A stretch of 64,000 bases of DNA from Squalus acanthias (Eukaryota): positions 124,001 through 188,000 of the forward strand of contig JASTWF010000356.1 of NCBI GenBank assembly GCA_030390025.1, in the 5' to 3' direction. The position numbers were made by a program, and so were the translations under genes. Below are positions 1 to 13,161 of the stretch, piece after piece (position 1 is the stretch's first letter; each line of letters begins with the position of its first letter). The notes below the pieces were generated by a model that searched no databases, had not been told where the DNA came from, and worked only from the letters and a program-made list of their open reading frames with translations.

Positions 1-248
1 ATAAGTCAAAGCTAAAGGCACTATATCTGAAAGCGTGAAGCATTCGCAACAAAATAAATACATTAATAGTGCAGATAGAAATTAATAGGTTTGAGCTAAT
101 AGCCATTACGGAGATGTGGTTGCAATGTGACCAAGGTTGGGAACTAAATATTACATGATACGTAACTTTTAGTAGACAGAAGAAAAATGGAAAAGCATGG
201 GGGTGTAGCCCTGATAATAAAGGATGGGATAAAGACAGTAGAGAGAAG

Positions 249-976
249 GGGGGGGGGTAAAATTCGGTTGGGCCCCATTTGGGCGCTGCAACCGAATTAT
301 TACCGGCGATATAGCACTAGGCGCCGAAGTACGCCTCGGCTACTAAATTCGGCTCATCACCCGGCGAGGAAGAGAAGCTCTATCTCGGGCTCTCCACTTC
401 CTCTGAGGTAATGTCGGGGAAACAAAGCTAACGCGTTTCAGCGGCTCTCCCCTTTTTTTAAAGGGGAGGGATGCTGAGTGTTATTCAGGGGCTCCGATGG
501 TCCGCGCTAGCCCACCAGGGTGACGTGGTGCCTTGGCTGCAGCCTGGCACCGAGATGCATCACGCCAAGGGATGCCACGGAGCTCTGGACTGGATGTCGG
601 CAAAAAAATATAATTGCGGCGCTGCTCGCGGGCGCACCTCCCTTTAAATTGCGCTCAGTGAGCAGAGAGCGGGCCGGCTCACGATCCGCGAGGCTGGCGC
701 TGACACCGCCAGCCGCAGCTTGCCGACCCACAGCAGCATTTCTGCCACGGAGTGGTAAGGGGTCTTGACGCACGGCGATGACGTCATCACCGGCAGCACA
801 GCGGCTCCGTGCACTTCCTGTGGGGGCGCAGTGCTAACGGCTAGCGCCTCAGTTGCGCCCCGCCGAATTTTTCGGGAGGCACTATTAACGCCCTGCCCGG
901 GATTCAGCATTTTGCGCCCCTTTCGTGGCACCTGGAAGCGCTAACGGCAGGCGCGAGGGAGCCGAATTTCGCGGCA
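249..976. mobile_element. GC-rich non-autonomous TIR element (MITE, possibly Harbinger-type) inserted in CR1
   Basis: Interrupts the CR1 endonuclease region; imperfect termini GGGTAAAATTCGG ... CCGAATTTCGCGGC. Confidence 0.55.
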
Positions 977-1365
977 TTTAAAGGAACTTTGCTCCTAAAA
1001 TCAGGAAGGAGAATCAGTTTGGGTGGAGCTAAGAAATAGCAACGGCAGAACACATTGGTGGGAGTTGTTTATAGGCCACAATACCGTATTTGATTTGAAG
1101 GGCAGAGTATCAATCAGGAAATTAGAGGCACATGTAGCAAGCGTGATACAATAATCATGGCGGAATTTAGCTTCATATAGCCTGAAGAAATAAATTAGAA
1201 GTAAAATTTTGGAGGACGATTTCATGGAATGCTTGCAAGATAGCTTTCTAGAACAGTATGTTGAGAAACCTAATAGGAAACAGGTTATTTTAGATCTAGT
1301 ATTGTGCAATGAGGGATTAATTAATGACCTTGTTGTAAAGGGGCATTTAGAGAAGAGTGACCATA

Positions 1366-2113
1366 ATGGCCCAGAAATTGATCTCGCTCTGTTCCCGCGG
1401 GGGTAAGCCTTCCCCGCGATGTCTCACCTCGCTTATGCTTTTTCTGATCCAGCTCGCACGAACTTGATGTTCCAGACATCAGCTGTGCTGGGCTTGCGTA
1501 TCCCAGCGGCGTAGTTAATTCGTGCGAGCTGTGGGATCACGTGACTCAGTTAGAGCCAATGGCAGCACACCATCTTCCATTCATAAGTCTCACAGCATGG
1601 CTGTGAGACTTATGAATCTTACACCCCCCCAAAATAACAGCTAAACCTCAATTAAATTTAAAAAAAAACCCATCACATTAATAATATAAGTATAGTTAAT
1701 TAAATTAACCATTTTAAATAAAAAATTAAATTTTTGAAAAAATTTAAAATCTTTTAAAAAGTTATAAAAATAAACTTACCTGTCTTTAAAGTCTATAAAA
1801 AAGATATACCTGTAAAAAAAAATTCAAAAAAATACTTAATTCACTACTTACCTTCTTAAAAACGGGTCTTACTCCTCCTTTTTACATTTCCAAAATCTTC
1901 CCTACTTACCTGCGCGTCCAAAGCATGAAGTGCACAGCGTGCGCGTAGCCTGTAGCGCACACGCGATGCACCCAGGCCCCGCCCCCTTTTCGGAAGAGCA
2001 ATTGCCGGTTTTCAGCGCATGCGCAGGGCATGCAGAAAACCGGCAATTGGAGTGGGAATACGCGAGAGTACGCAGTGCGTACTCTCGCGCACCGAGATCA
2101 ATTTTCGGCCCAT
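1366..2113. mobile_element. Non-autonomous TIR element (MITE), family A copy 1
   Basis: TIRs ATGGCCCAGAAATTGATCTCG / CGAGATCAATTTTCGGCCCAT; AT-rich core; CR1 resumes on both sides. Confidence 0.75.
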
Positions 2114-2722
2114 TATGATAGAATTTTATATTGAGTTTGAAAGTGATTTTGTTGAATCCTAAATTAGTGTCTTAAATCTAATCAAAGCAAACTGCATAGT
2201 TATGAGGGGCGAGTTGGCTAAGTTAAATTGGGAAACTACATTAAAAGGTATGATGGTAGAGCAGCAATGGTTAGCATTTAAATAATGAACACACAATTTA
2301 CAACAAATATACATTCATTTAAGGCACAAAACCCCCACAGGAAAAGCGGTCCAATCTTGGCTAACAAGAGATGTTAAAGATAGGATTAGATCAAAGGATG
2401 AGGCTGTTATTGTTGCCCAAAATGAATAGTAAGGCTGAATATTGGGAGGATTTTAGAATTCAGCAAAGGAGGACCAAGACATTGATAAAGAAAGGGAAAA
2501 TATAATGAGAGTAAACCAGCGCGAGAAATAAAAACAAACTGTAAAACATTCTATATGTAAGTAAAACGGTAAAAATTGGCGAAAGTAAATGTGGGTCCCT
2601 TACAAGCTGAGGCAGGAGAAATTATAATGGGAATAAGGAAATGGCAGGGAAATTAAACAATTACTTTTTGTCTGTCTTCACAGAAGAAGATGCACAAAAC
2701 TTCTTGTAAATAGTGGGAAAAT

Positions 2723-3490
2723 CATGGCCCAGAAATATGCCTCTCCGGCTTGCCGCGGGGGTAAGCATCACGCGCGCTCTTACCTACCGCGCCTGCCGTT
2801 GTGTTTTGGGCCCACGGGAACGTCAGCTCCTGGTCCTGCACCAAGAGCTGGCGCGCAGTGCTTGCGTGTCCCAGGGGCATAGTTAGTGCGATGCGTCCCC
2901 TGGGGTCACGTGGGCCATGGAGAGCCAATGGCAGCAGACCAATTTTCATTCATAGAATTTAACAGGAGACCTGTCTATTCTCTGAATTGAAATCGGCCCC
3001 AAAAGAACAGCTAATTTTAAAATAAATTTAAAAAAACTCTCATTTATAAAATAACTATAGTTAAATAAATTAACCACTTTAAACAAAAATTTTATCTTTT
3101 GAAAAAATTAAAATACTTTTTAAAAGTGATAAACATAAACTTACCTTTCTTTAAAGTATATAAAAAAGATAAACCTGTTGAAAAAAATTAAAATGATACT
3201 TAATTAACCACTTACCTTGTTTAAAACGGGTGTTGCGGCTCCTTTTTAATAACGTACTTTCTACAATACTTACCCTCTGCGGAGAAACCTGAAAAAAAAT
3301 CTAAGTTTGCTGCATGCGCGCAGCCTCTACCGCGCACGCGGTTCACCTAGGAATCGCCCCCTTCGCCATGCCGGAAGTTCCGCCTTCCCGCGCATGCGCA
3401 GTACATGCAGGAAACCGGCACTTCGGGACGCATTACTGGTGAGTACGGACTGTGCACTCACCCGGGAAGGGCCGAATTTTTGGCCCCATG
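2723..3490. mobile_element. Non-autonomous TIR element (MITE), family A copy 2
   Basis: TIRs CATGGCCCAGAAAT / ATTTTTGGCCCCATG; shares CCGCGGGGGTAAGC, GAGCCAATGGCAG and the AT-rich core with 1366-2113. Confidence 0.75.
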
Positions 3491-5389
3491 TCCCCAGCGA
3501 GAATGAGGAACAGAAGTGAATTAGTTTCAATAAATTAATGCGACTGAAAGCCAATAAATCCAATGGATCTGATAACCTACATCCTATGGTTTTGAAAGAG
3601 GTGGCTTTTGAGACAGCTGTGGCATTTGTTGTTAATTTCCAAAATTCCATAATTTCTAGGACGGTTCCCGTGGTTTGCAAGGTAGTAAATGCAACCGCAC
3701 TATTTAAGAAAGGAGGGAGAGAGAAACGCTGAACTACAGACCAGTTAGCCTGACATCAGTGGTAGGCAAAATGCTACAATCTGTTATTAAAGACGTGGTA
3801 ACAGTGCACTTAGAAAATAATAATAGGATTGGGCAGAGTCAACACGGTTTTATGAAAGGGAAATCGTGTTTGAAGAATCCGTTAGAGTTATTTGAGGTTT
3901 TAACGAGCATGATACATAAGGTGGAACCAGTGGATGTGGTGTATTTTTATTTTCAGAAGGCATTCGATAAGGTGCCATACAAGAACTTATTAAACAAAAT
4001 TAGTACTCATGGCATTGGGGGTAATATACTAGCATGGATTGAGGATTGATTAACGGACAGAAAACAGAGAGTAGGTATACATGTGTAATTTTCGGGCTGG
4101 CATGCTGTAATTAGTGGGGTACCGCAAGGATCAGTGCTGGGGCCTGAGCTATACACAATCTATATCAATGATTTGGATGAGGGACCAAATATCATTTATT
4201 TAAATTTGCTGATGATACAAAGCTGGGTGAGAATGTAAGTTGTGAGGTGGATGCAAACAGTCTTCAAGGGGATGTAGACAAGCTAAGTGAGTCGGCAAGA
4301 ACATGGCTAATTTATTATAATGTGGAGGAATGTGAAGTTATCCACTTTGGTAGGAAAATAGAAAACCAGAGCATTTTTTAAGTTGTGAGAGCTTGGAAAA
4401 TGTTGGTGTTCAGAGGGACCTGGGTGTCCCTGTACACGAATTACTGAAAGTTAACATGCAGGTACAACAAGCAATTAGGAAAGAAAATGGTATGCTGTGC
4501 TTTCTTTAAAGAGGATTTGACTATAAGGGTAAAGATGTCTTACTGCAATTATATAGAACCCTGGTGGGCCCACTCCTGGAGTATTGTGTACCGTTTTGGT
4601 CTCCTTACCTAAGGAAGGATATACTTGCCATAGAGAGAGTGCACGGAAGGTTCACCAGACTGATTCCTGGAATAGGGGCATTGTCTTATGAGGAGAGATT
4701 GAGTAGACTAGGCCTATATTCTCGAGAGTTTAGAAGAATGAGAGGTGATCTCATTAAAACATACACAATTCTTACGGGCTTGACAGTGTAGATGCAGGGA
4801 GGATGTTGCCCCTGACTGTGGTGTCTAGAACCAGTTGTCACTCTCTCAGAATAAGGGGTCGGCTAATCTCGCCCTCCCTCCGGGCTCTCGGTCCCACCTG
4901 TATCTGCAGCTGCTCCTCTCGCTCACCTGCAGGTCCGCTCTCGTGTCTATTAACTTAGAGACCTTGAGTTTTGTGGCACCACTCCTACTTTTCAGTCAGA
5001 CGTCTCCAACGCCTTCCTCCTCTCCACCAGATTCCTGCGCTCACCAAATTCCTCACTCTGCTTGCGATTCGCTCTGTTTGCGTTCTGCCAACTGAATCGC
5101 CAAGCTCTGTGCTCAAGGTCTGCCGTATAATGGGCTTCAGTTTCAATGCATTCCAAATATGACTGTCATGACAGGTATAATCGGTGTCGGTTTCATAGAA
5201 TTACTAATATGACAGGTGGAACAAGTATAACAGCAGTCAGTCTCCTGAACTATATCACTTACACTGATCGTGTCTACACCATATCAGTCACACTGAAAAT
5301 GCATACACCATCGTACTCACAATGAAACTTCCGACACCATGTCCATTACATCGACTTTTACAAAACGATATTTCTTAACCTGTCTTTTC

Positions 5390-6062
5390 CTACACTCTGT
5401 CCCTTAAACTGACCAATCCTGCGCCATGCCCATTGCACTAACCTTCCTGGCCTTGTAAGTTACACTGTCCATTCATATACGGTATCCCTTACACTGGCCA
5501 ATCCTGCCCCATGTCCATTGCTTAATCATCCGGGCCTTGTAACTTACACTGTCCATTCCTATACAGTATCTCTTACACTGACCAATCCTGCCCCATGTCC
5601 ATTGCAGTAATCTTCCTGGCCATGTAACTTACGCTCTCCATTCCTATACAGTAATCCCTTACACTGACCAATCCTGGCCCATGTCCATTGCACTAATCGT
5701 CCTGTCCCTGTACCTTACACTGTCCATTCCTATACAGTATCCCTTACACTGACCAATCCTGCCCCATGTCCATTGCAGTAATCTTCCTGGCCTTGTAACT
5801 AATACCGAACATTCATATACAGTATCCCTTACACTAACCTTGCCTGCCCCATGTCCATTGCATTAATATTCCTGGACTTGTATCTTACACTGTCCATACC
5901 TAGACAGTATCACTTACACTAACCTTGCCTGCCCCATGTCCATTGCACTGATCTTCCTGGCATTGTAATTAACACTGACCATTCCTATACAGTATCCCTT
6001 ACGCTGACCTTGCCTGCCCCTTGCGCCTTGCAGTGAACAATCCTACAATATATCCCTTACAC
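5390..6062. repeat. Tandem repeat, ~85-bp unit (~8 copies)
   Basis: CCCTTACACT recurs at 5656, 5741 and 5826 (period 85). Confidence 0.85.
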
Positions 6063-6071
6063 AATACAAGG

Positions 6072-7285
6072 ACAAAATATTGCGGGACTAGAAATCTGAA
6101 ATAAAAGCAGAAAAAGCTGAACATACTCAGCAGGTTAGGCAGCATCCGTGGACAGAGAAAGAAATGTAATGCTTCAGGTCGATGACTTTACGTCAGAACT
6201 GTAAAATATTAGAGTTGTGACAGGTTTTAGCTAAGTACAGAGGCAGGGAAAGGGGGATTGTTGGAAAGAGCATGTGATAGGGTGCAAGGCAGGACAGATT
6301 AAATGACGTAATGGATGATGGTCCATCAACAACAACAATTGCATTTATATAGCGACTGTAACGTATTAAAATGTCCCATGGCGCTTCATAGGCGCGATTA
6401 TCAAACAACATTAGACACTGAGTCCCACAAGGAGATCTTAGGGCAAGTGACCAAAAGCTTGTTCAAAAGGTAGGTTTTAAGGAGTGTATTAAAGGAGGAG
6501 AGAGAGGGAGAGAGGCGGAGAGTTTTAGGCAGGGAATTCCAGAGTTTGGGCCGAAGTAACAGAAGGTGCGGCCACCAATGTTTGAGCGATTATAATCAGG
6601 GATGCTTAAGAGGGCAGAATTAGAGGTGCGCAGATATCTCGGGGGGATTGTGGGGCTGGAGGAGATTACAGAGATAGGAAGGGGCGAGGCCATGGAGGGA
6701 GTGAAATCGAGGCGTCCTTAACAGGGCATCAATGTAGGACAGCGAGCAGGGTGTGATGGGTGAACGGTAATTGGTACAAGGCCAATGTTAATGGGATAAG
6801 TAAACAAACAACATATGGTTCTAGAAGCGCTGTATCTGAAGTAGCAGAATCATGGCCAACAGCTGCTCTCTGACAAATATGAGGGCCGAGCTTATGATGC
6901 AAAATTGTTGAACTCAATGTTGAGTCCGACAGGCTGTAAAGAGCCTAATCTAAAGGTGAGGTGCTGTGCCTCGAGCTTACATTGAGCTTCATCGCAACAG
7001 CGTTGGAGGCCGATGAACGAGTCAAAGTGGGAGCGGGGAGGAGAATTAAAATGGCAGGCGATCTGAAGCTTGGGCTCAGCCCTTGTGAATTGAATGAAGG
7101 TCTTCCACATAGTGGTCACCCAATCTGCGTTTAGTCTCACCAATGTAGATGGGACCGCATCATGAATAGCGAATACAATATACTAAATGGAAGAAGTACA
7201 AGTAAATCGTTGGTTCACCCGGAAGGAGTGTTTGGGGCACTGGACGGTGGGAAGGGAGGCGTTAAAAGGGCAGGTGTTGCATCTT
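6072..7285 (-). mobile_element. Decayed Penelope-like element 3' part (GIY-YIG C-terminus + terminal repeat), interrupted by L2
   Basis: ACHFNSPPRSH...KLEAQHLTFRLGSLQPVGLNIEFNNF at 6892-7143; terminal repeat with a degenerate hammerhead near 6165-6200. Confidence 0.75.
6327..6790 (-). mobile_element. L2 LINE 3' end
   Basis: (AAC)n tail; PPRYLRTSNSALLSIPDYNRSNIGGRTF, typical of an L2 ORF2 C-terminus. Confidence 0.75.
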
Positions 7286-7503
7286 CAAACACAATCGTGA
7301 CTTGGAAATATATCGACGTGTCTTCATCGTCGGATGTAACAAAATCCTGGAACACCCTCCCAAACAGCACTGTGTGAGTACCTTCACCACACGGACTGTA
7401 TCCGTTCAAGAAGGGTCTCACCAAAACCTTCTCAAGGGCAATTATGGATGGGCAATAAATGCAGTTCTTGCCAGCGAAGTCCACATCACACGAATGAATT
7501 AAA
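7285..7503 (+). mobile_element. 3' end of a CR1/L2-group LINE (same family as 28712-31780)
   Basis: Reverse-complement similarity to 28712-28930. Confidence 0.6.
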
Positions 7504-7754
7504 ATACGGAACCGCTGTGTTTAATTTCTAGCTTGAATGTTCTGTAATCGGGAGATCTGGTGTCAGCACCCTTTGGGGAGGAAGCAGAGGCTGATGCTGA
7601 TCTGTGTTATAAGGTAGCTGATCACAATAATCGTCCCATGAACCCTCCCGTGCAAGCGCAGGAGATGCAACACCTGCCCCTTTACTTCCACCTTTCTCTT
7701 GTATTTGGACGTCTTCCAATTTACTATACCGTATTCTTTGCTCACGATGCTCAG

Positions 7755-9407
7755 TTCCTGCAGATTGTAACCCCACTATTTAAAAAGGAGGCAGAGAGAA
7801 AAAAAAGGAACTACAGACCGGTTAGCCTAACATCAGTAGTAGGAAAAATGATAGTGTCTATTATAAAGGATGAGATAACAGGACACTTAGAAATATCAAC
7901 GGGATTAGACAAAGTCAACATGAATTTATGAAAGGAAAATCATGTTTGACAAACTTACTGGAGTTTTTTGAGGATGTAACTGGTAGAATAGATAAGGGAG
8001 AAACAGTGGATGTGGTGTATTTGGATTTTCAGAAGGCCTTTGATAATTTGCCACCTAAGAGGTTAATGTGCAAATTTAAAGCACCTGGGATTGGGGGTAA
8101 TCTACTGGCATGGATTGAACATTGTTTAACAGACAGGAAACAGAGAGTAGGAATAAATGGGTCTTTTTTGGGGTGGCAGGCGGTGACTAGTGGAGTACCT
8201 AATGGATCAGTGCTTAGGCCCCAGCTATTCACAACAGAAATATCAATGTTTTGGATGAAGGAACCAAATGTAGTATTTCCAAGTTTGTTGACGACAGGAG
8301 ACTAGGTGGGATTGTGATTCGTGAGGAGGATGAAAAGAGGCTTCAAGGTATTTAGAAAAATTTGAGTGGTTGGGCAAATACATGGCAGATGCAGTATAAC
8401 GTGGATAAATATGAAGTTATCCACTTCGGTAGGAAAAACAGAATGGCACAGTATTATTTAAATATTGATAGACTGGGAAATGTTGATGTACAAAGGGACC
8501 TGGGTGTCCTTGTACACCAGTCACTGAAAGCAAACATGCAGGTGCAGCAAGCAGTAAGGAAGTCAAATGGTATGTTGGCTTTCATTCCAAGAGGATTAGA
8601 GTACAGGAGCAAAGATATGTTACTACAGTTATTCAGGGCTTTGGCGAGACCACACCTGGAGTACTGTGTGCAGTTTTGGTCTCCTTACCTAAGAAAGGTT
8701 ATACTTGCCATAGAGGGAGTGCAGCGAATGTTCACCAGTCTGATTGCTGGGATGGCAGGACTATCGTATGAGGAGAGATTGGGTCGACTAGGCAAGTTTT
8801 CACTCGAGATTAGAAGAATGAGAGGCGATCACATTGAAACGTATACAATTGTGACAGGGCTAGACAGACTGGATGCAGGGAGGATGATTCCCCTGGCTGG
8901 GGGTCTCGAACGAGGGGTCACAGTCTCAGAATACGGGGTAGGACATTTAGGACTGAGGTGAGGAGAAATGTCTTCTCTCAGAGGATGGTCAACCTGTGGA
9001 ATTCTCTACCACATTAATGATGTGGAGATGCCGGTGTTGGGCTGGGGTGGACAAATGTTAGAAGTCGCAGAACAACAGGTTATAGTCCAACAGTTTTATT
9101 TGAATTCACTAGCTTTCGGAGAGCTGCTCCTTCGTCAGGTGAAGACGAAGGAGTAGCGCTCCGAAAGCTTGTGATTTCTAATAAAACTGTTGGACTATAA
9201 CCTGGTGTTGTGCGACTTCTCACGAATATATTTAAGAAGGAGATAGATAGATTTCTAGAAGCAACAGGCATCAAGTGGTATGGGGAGGGACTGTGAATAT
9301 GGTATTGAGATAGAGGATCAGCCATGATCATATTGAATGTCGGAGCAGTCTCGAAGGCCCGAGTGGCCTACTCCTGCTCCTATTTTTCTATATTTCTATG
9401 TTTTCTA
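7755..9407 (+). mobile_element. 5'-truncated CR1 LINE (RT half + 3' UTR)
   Basis: [50 protein letters not shown]-type tail. Confidence 0.9.
9017..9220. mobile_element. Short fold-back Penelope terminal fragment inserted in CR1
   Basis: ~77-bp inverted arms between 9060 and 9220 around AGGTGAA; homologous to the ends of the 38334-40041 element. Confidence 0.8.
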
Positions 9408-9892
9408 TAAGTAGTGAGGAACTAAGCAAAGTTCAGCAGAGCGTTTTGTAATTCGGGACAGGAAGAAATCAGTTCCATGGGGCCAGAACAGACTGAAACG
9501 AAGCGTCTATTAGGGCATAAAAACGGAAAATTCTGGAAATACTCAGCAGGTCAGGCAGCATCTGTGGAGAGAGAAACAGAGTTAACGTTTCTAGTCGATG
9601 ACAATTCGTATTTTGCTTTTGCATTAGTGGTCTATTGGGGCAGTCCTGTTTTTAAATATTGGGAAGGAGGTACAATCAAGCGATGCGTAGTTGGGGTACG
9701 GTGAGGTTGGAGCTGTGGATTAAAAATTTCCAGAGGAAATAAGGTCAGTGAAACTCTGGGAAACGATGGCTTGATGTTCTGTGCTGGGGTCATGGATGAG
9801 GGGGAATCGGAGCAGCTGTCAGATAGTTGGCCTTCAGACTCTGCAAGGTAGAGATCGGTTTGCCAAACAACAACAGCGCACCCTTGTCAGCA

Positions 9893-10550
9893 TAAGAACA
9901 TACGACCATAAGAAGATAAGAAATAGGAGCAGGAACAGTCCATTTGGACCCCCGAGCCTGCGCCGCCTTTCAATAAAATCATGGCTGATCTGACCTTTGT
10001 CTGAATCCAACTCTCCAGCCCGCTCACCATAACTCAAATATCTGTTTATCTCCGCCTTGAACATATTCAATGACTCCGCCACCACAGCTCTCTGTGGTAC
10101 AAATTTCCAAAGATTCACGACCCTCTGGGACAAGAAATTCCTCCTCATCTCCTTTAGGAATGGGCGATCCTTTCTCCTGAAACTATACCCCTTCTTTCTA
10201 GATTCCCCCACGATGGTAAATTTACTCCCTGCATCTACCCTGTCAAGCCCCCTCAGAATCTTACATGTTTCAATACGATAATCTCTCATTCTTCTAAACT
10301 CCAATGAGTATAGGCCCAACCTGCTCAACCTTTCTTCATAAGACAACCCCTTCATCTCAGCAATCAACCTAGTGAGCCTTCTCTGAACTGCCTCCAACGG
10401 AAGTATATCCCACCGTAAATAAGGAGACCAAAACTGTAGGCAATACGCCATATGTGGCCTCACCAGCGGCCTGTACAGTTGACTACCCTAGTTTTATACT
10501 CCACCCTCCTTGCAATAAGGGCCAACATTACATTTCCCTTCCTAATTACG
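9893..10550 (-). mobile_element. CR1 LINE 3' end
   Basis: ORF 9834-10463 RPHMAYCLQFWSPYL...EMRRNFLSQRVVNLW; CATAAGAA tail. Confidence 0.9.
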
Positions 10551-10619
10551 TGCAAGTGTAAACAAAATGTTGACACCTCACCCAATCACATTGCCCCACG
10601 CTCACTGCCAAACTTCCCT

Positions 10620-11772
10620 TTCTCTTGCAGGCCAAGCCGGCGCACAACCAACGGAAGCAGCATCAGACGGGTAGAGGGCAAGCCACAACTGAAAACCTCA
10701 TAGACTCGGAGTAAGGCCTGCTTCCAATAATTGGAGGAGCAGTGGGTGAGAGCATGACGAGCGGGGATCTGGTAAGAGTTGCTGATGGTGACGGAATGCT
10801 GATAGCGAATCCTTATTCCCACATTCCCCTTCCCTCTCATCCAACAATCTCTTCTCACTCAGAAGCTGCTGATGGTTAATGCATGAATACCTTCCTTCCC
10901 CCCTCCCCTCACCATAACCCGACGCTTGTGCCTTTCTCCTTTCACATACCCAGGAACTGCAGGCAGCCCAGCCTGTGCCTGACGGTCTAGAGGAGGAGAA
11001 GAGTGATGGAGGAGAAGAAGAAGACTCATCAGTACTGCCTCTGACACTCGCAGACGGCAGCTCAGTAAATAGCCCGGGTAGCAGAGAGACTGGAACTGCA
11101 TGTGGTGAGTCATCGGGCACGAGTGGGCTGCAGCCAGGCCATGGTGAAAGGGTAGCTCGTGGGCCAGCTCCCCGGAGGGCAAATTCGCGCACGAGTTCTG
11201 CCGTACAGAACAATGATGGTGTCCTCGAAGGGGCGTCCTTCAGATGAATGGTGATGGGCATGCGAAGGGAAATGTTCGTTGCAAAGGCAAGCCTGCCAGA
11301 GAGTCTCTTTTCAGTGTCAAGGAGTATGGAGGAGTCCGGCTACAGCAATGCACGGGGTTTGTGCAAACCTTGAGCCCATGATATCCAGCATGGAAATGAT
11401 GGGCAACGTCATGAGAGAGCTTGTGGACCCAGAAATGATGTCAGGTTTGATGGGCGATCTCGAAGCTTCCATTGAAGTACAGGCGGGAGCGAACCAACGC
11501 AAGCTCAGACTGCTGGAAACATGGCTGGGTTTTCCAGTATTGAAAGGGGCTTGCAGGGTGTCAGAGCAGTCCAGCAATCTGTGCTCCAACAGATGGGTAG
11601 GAATGCTGAGGCGCCGCTCCGGGGGGAGTGTAAGTGGCTCCGTGGAGCAAGGACCTGTTGTCCTCTCTCAGGATGACAGCATTTCTACTCCGAACATTGA
11701 CACTCCGCCAGTGCCCTTGCTGCTGCCTGTCATCCAGCAAGCCCAGACTGCTGCCGCCCATGCCGAGGTGGT
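10620..11772 (+). pseudogene. Probable remnant of a Harbinger-type Myb/SANT accessory gene, truncated by the ERV LTR
   Basis: Acceptor TCTCTTGCAG then AKPAHNQRKQHQTGRG (resembles the Myb/SANT C-terminal K-x-AHN-RE-x-x-TGGG motif); acidic low-complexity and coiled-coil-like exons follow. Confidence 0.45.
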
Positions 11773-12817
11773 TGTAAGGGGTATTTGTCTCAGGGGCTTA
11801 TTTGTAGGTCAGCCAGTTATGTTTTCCTGGGCTGTACTGCCCGCTGTGCGGTTGCGAATCGCTATCCCCTTCCTAGTTTTGAGCCCAGGACTTATCGAGC
11901 GGCGATAAGGACAAACGAAGAGACCCGTGGATTGGTGCAAGGAAAACCAATGTTTATTTACAGAAGTAAAACTACAGAGTAAAAGTATTATATGAAGAAA
12001 ACGAAATCACTATGCAGTACGGTTTTACACTTAACAGGGGAGGAGAACGGACACATCGAGGGAAAATCCTAAAATTACAATTTTATCAATATCCCCATGA
12101 ATTCCCATTCTTTCGCCTAACTAAAATTGTCTTGCGACAGCCAGAAGAAGATAATGCTCACCGGTGAAATGGATGGAAATCCTGGCCCTGTACCCTGTTT
12201 CTGCCGTCGAAACGTGGCTACGAAGTTTCTGGATGGTTTTCCTTTTATGGCTGCTAGCAGACAGACAAGGTGAACCGGGATCGAGGCAGAGAGAGAGAGA
12301 GAGCGAATGGGTCTTCCCAGTTATACCCTCACGGTCCTCGTAATCTCCCACCAGATCAGCTAATTTCTATTGTCTGATCTGGGCATAATGAATTTTAACA
12401 AAAGGTTTGAATCTTGGCCCATCATGTTAGATGACCGGTAATTGTATCATGCCAGTTCTCCAAATGGTCCCTTTTGTCCGACAGGTTCCTTGATGGGGGC
12501 CAGCCCAGTCTCAATGTCCCCGCTGATTATTTGAGCAAACACCTTGAAAGCCTAATGCGTAGACCTGATTGTAATTGGGTTTGTCCCCAATGCATAAGGA
12601 AAGGTTTCGTGAACTTCCTGCTGCAGACATCGGAATACACAAGTTGATAGCTTGCCAGAGCCTGAAATGAAACTGCCAGGCTCTCGGTCACGAGGTCTGA
12701 CCGCAGCCATTTTGTTATGCCCTGGATTTTAAAACTAAGTCTGACCAGGGTTCCTTTTAATAAGTCCAATAATATCCTCGGGGTGGGGGGACACATGACA
12801 TTTTGCGAATCCTTTCA
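11773..12817 (-). repeat. 3' LTR (1045 bp)
   Basis: Minus strand TGAAAGG...CCCCTTACA; AATAAA at 11953-11958 (-); homologous to 26206-27166. Confidence 0.92.
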
Positions 12818-12828
12818 GTCCCCCCTGT
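12818..12828 (-). promoter_or_regulatory. Polypurine tract
   Basis: Minus strand AGGGGGGAC directly before the TG of the 3' LTR. Confidence 0.7.
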
Positions 12829-13161
12829 GGATATTTAAACTTGGTTGAAGTGTCCATACGAGGTGAACAAAATTTCTGACTGTCGCAAACAACCTTCCCC
12901 TTTATTCACCTATCCCAATTCCCCCGACATGTACATTCCCCCACTTGGAGAAAACCGCAATGTACAGCAGGCATTCTAGATAGGAAACAAATTATTTTCC
13001 AGTAATCCCAGCACGGAGGGGGTCCAACATACCCCTGCACCACTTGAGATAACACATTTTTTTTTTCCTTATTAAAAAAAAAACAACCAACGGAGGAGAC
13101 CAGCTTTATTAAAAATAATAAAATTAGGCCGCCATCACTCGAAAGTGGTGCGGCACGGAAT

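Larger units (their letters stand above)
1..4865 (+). mobile_element. Decayed CR1 LINE ORF2 (APE endonuclease + RT), interrupted by three TIR elements
   Basis: ORF fragments EQYVEKPNRKQVILDLVLCNE, SQHGFMKGKSCL, FQKAFDKVP and LEYCVPFWSPYLRKDIL; many stops and frameshifts. Confidence 0.9.

Noticed and set aside
11279..11908. 209-aa ORF as an independent gene
   Set aside because: Chimeric read-through from a decayed transposon remnant into the ERV LTR
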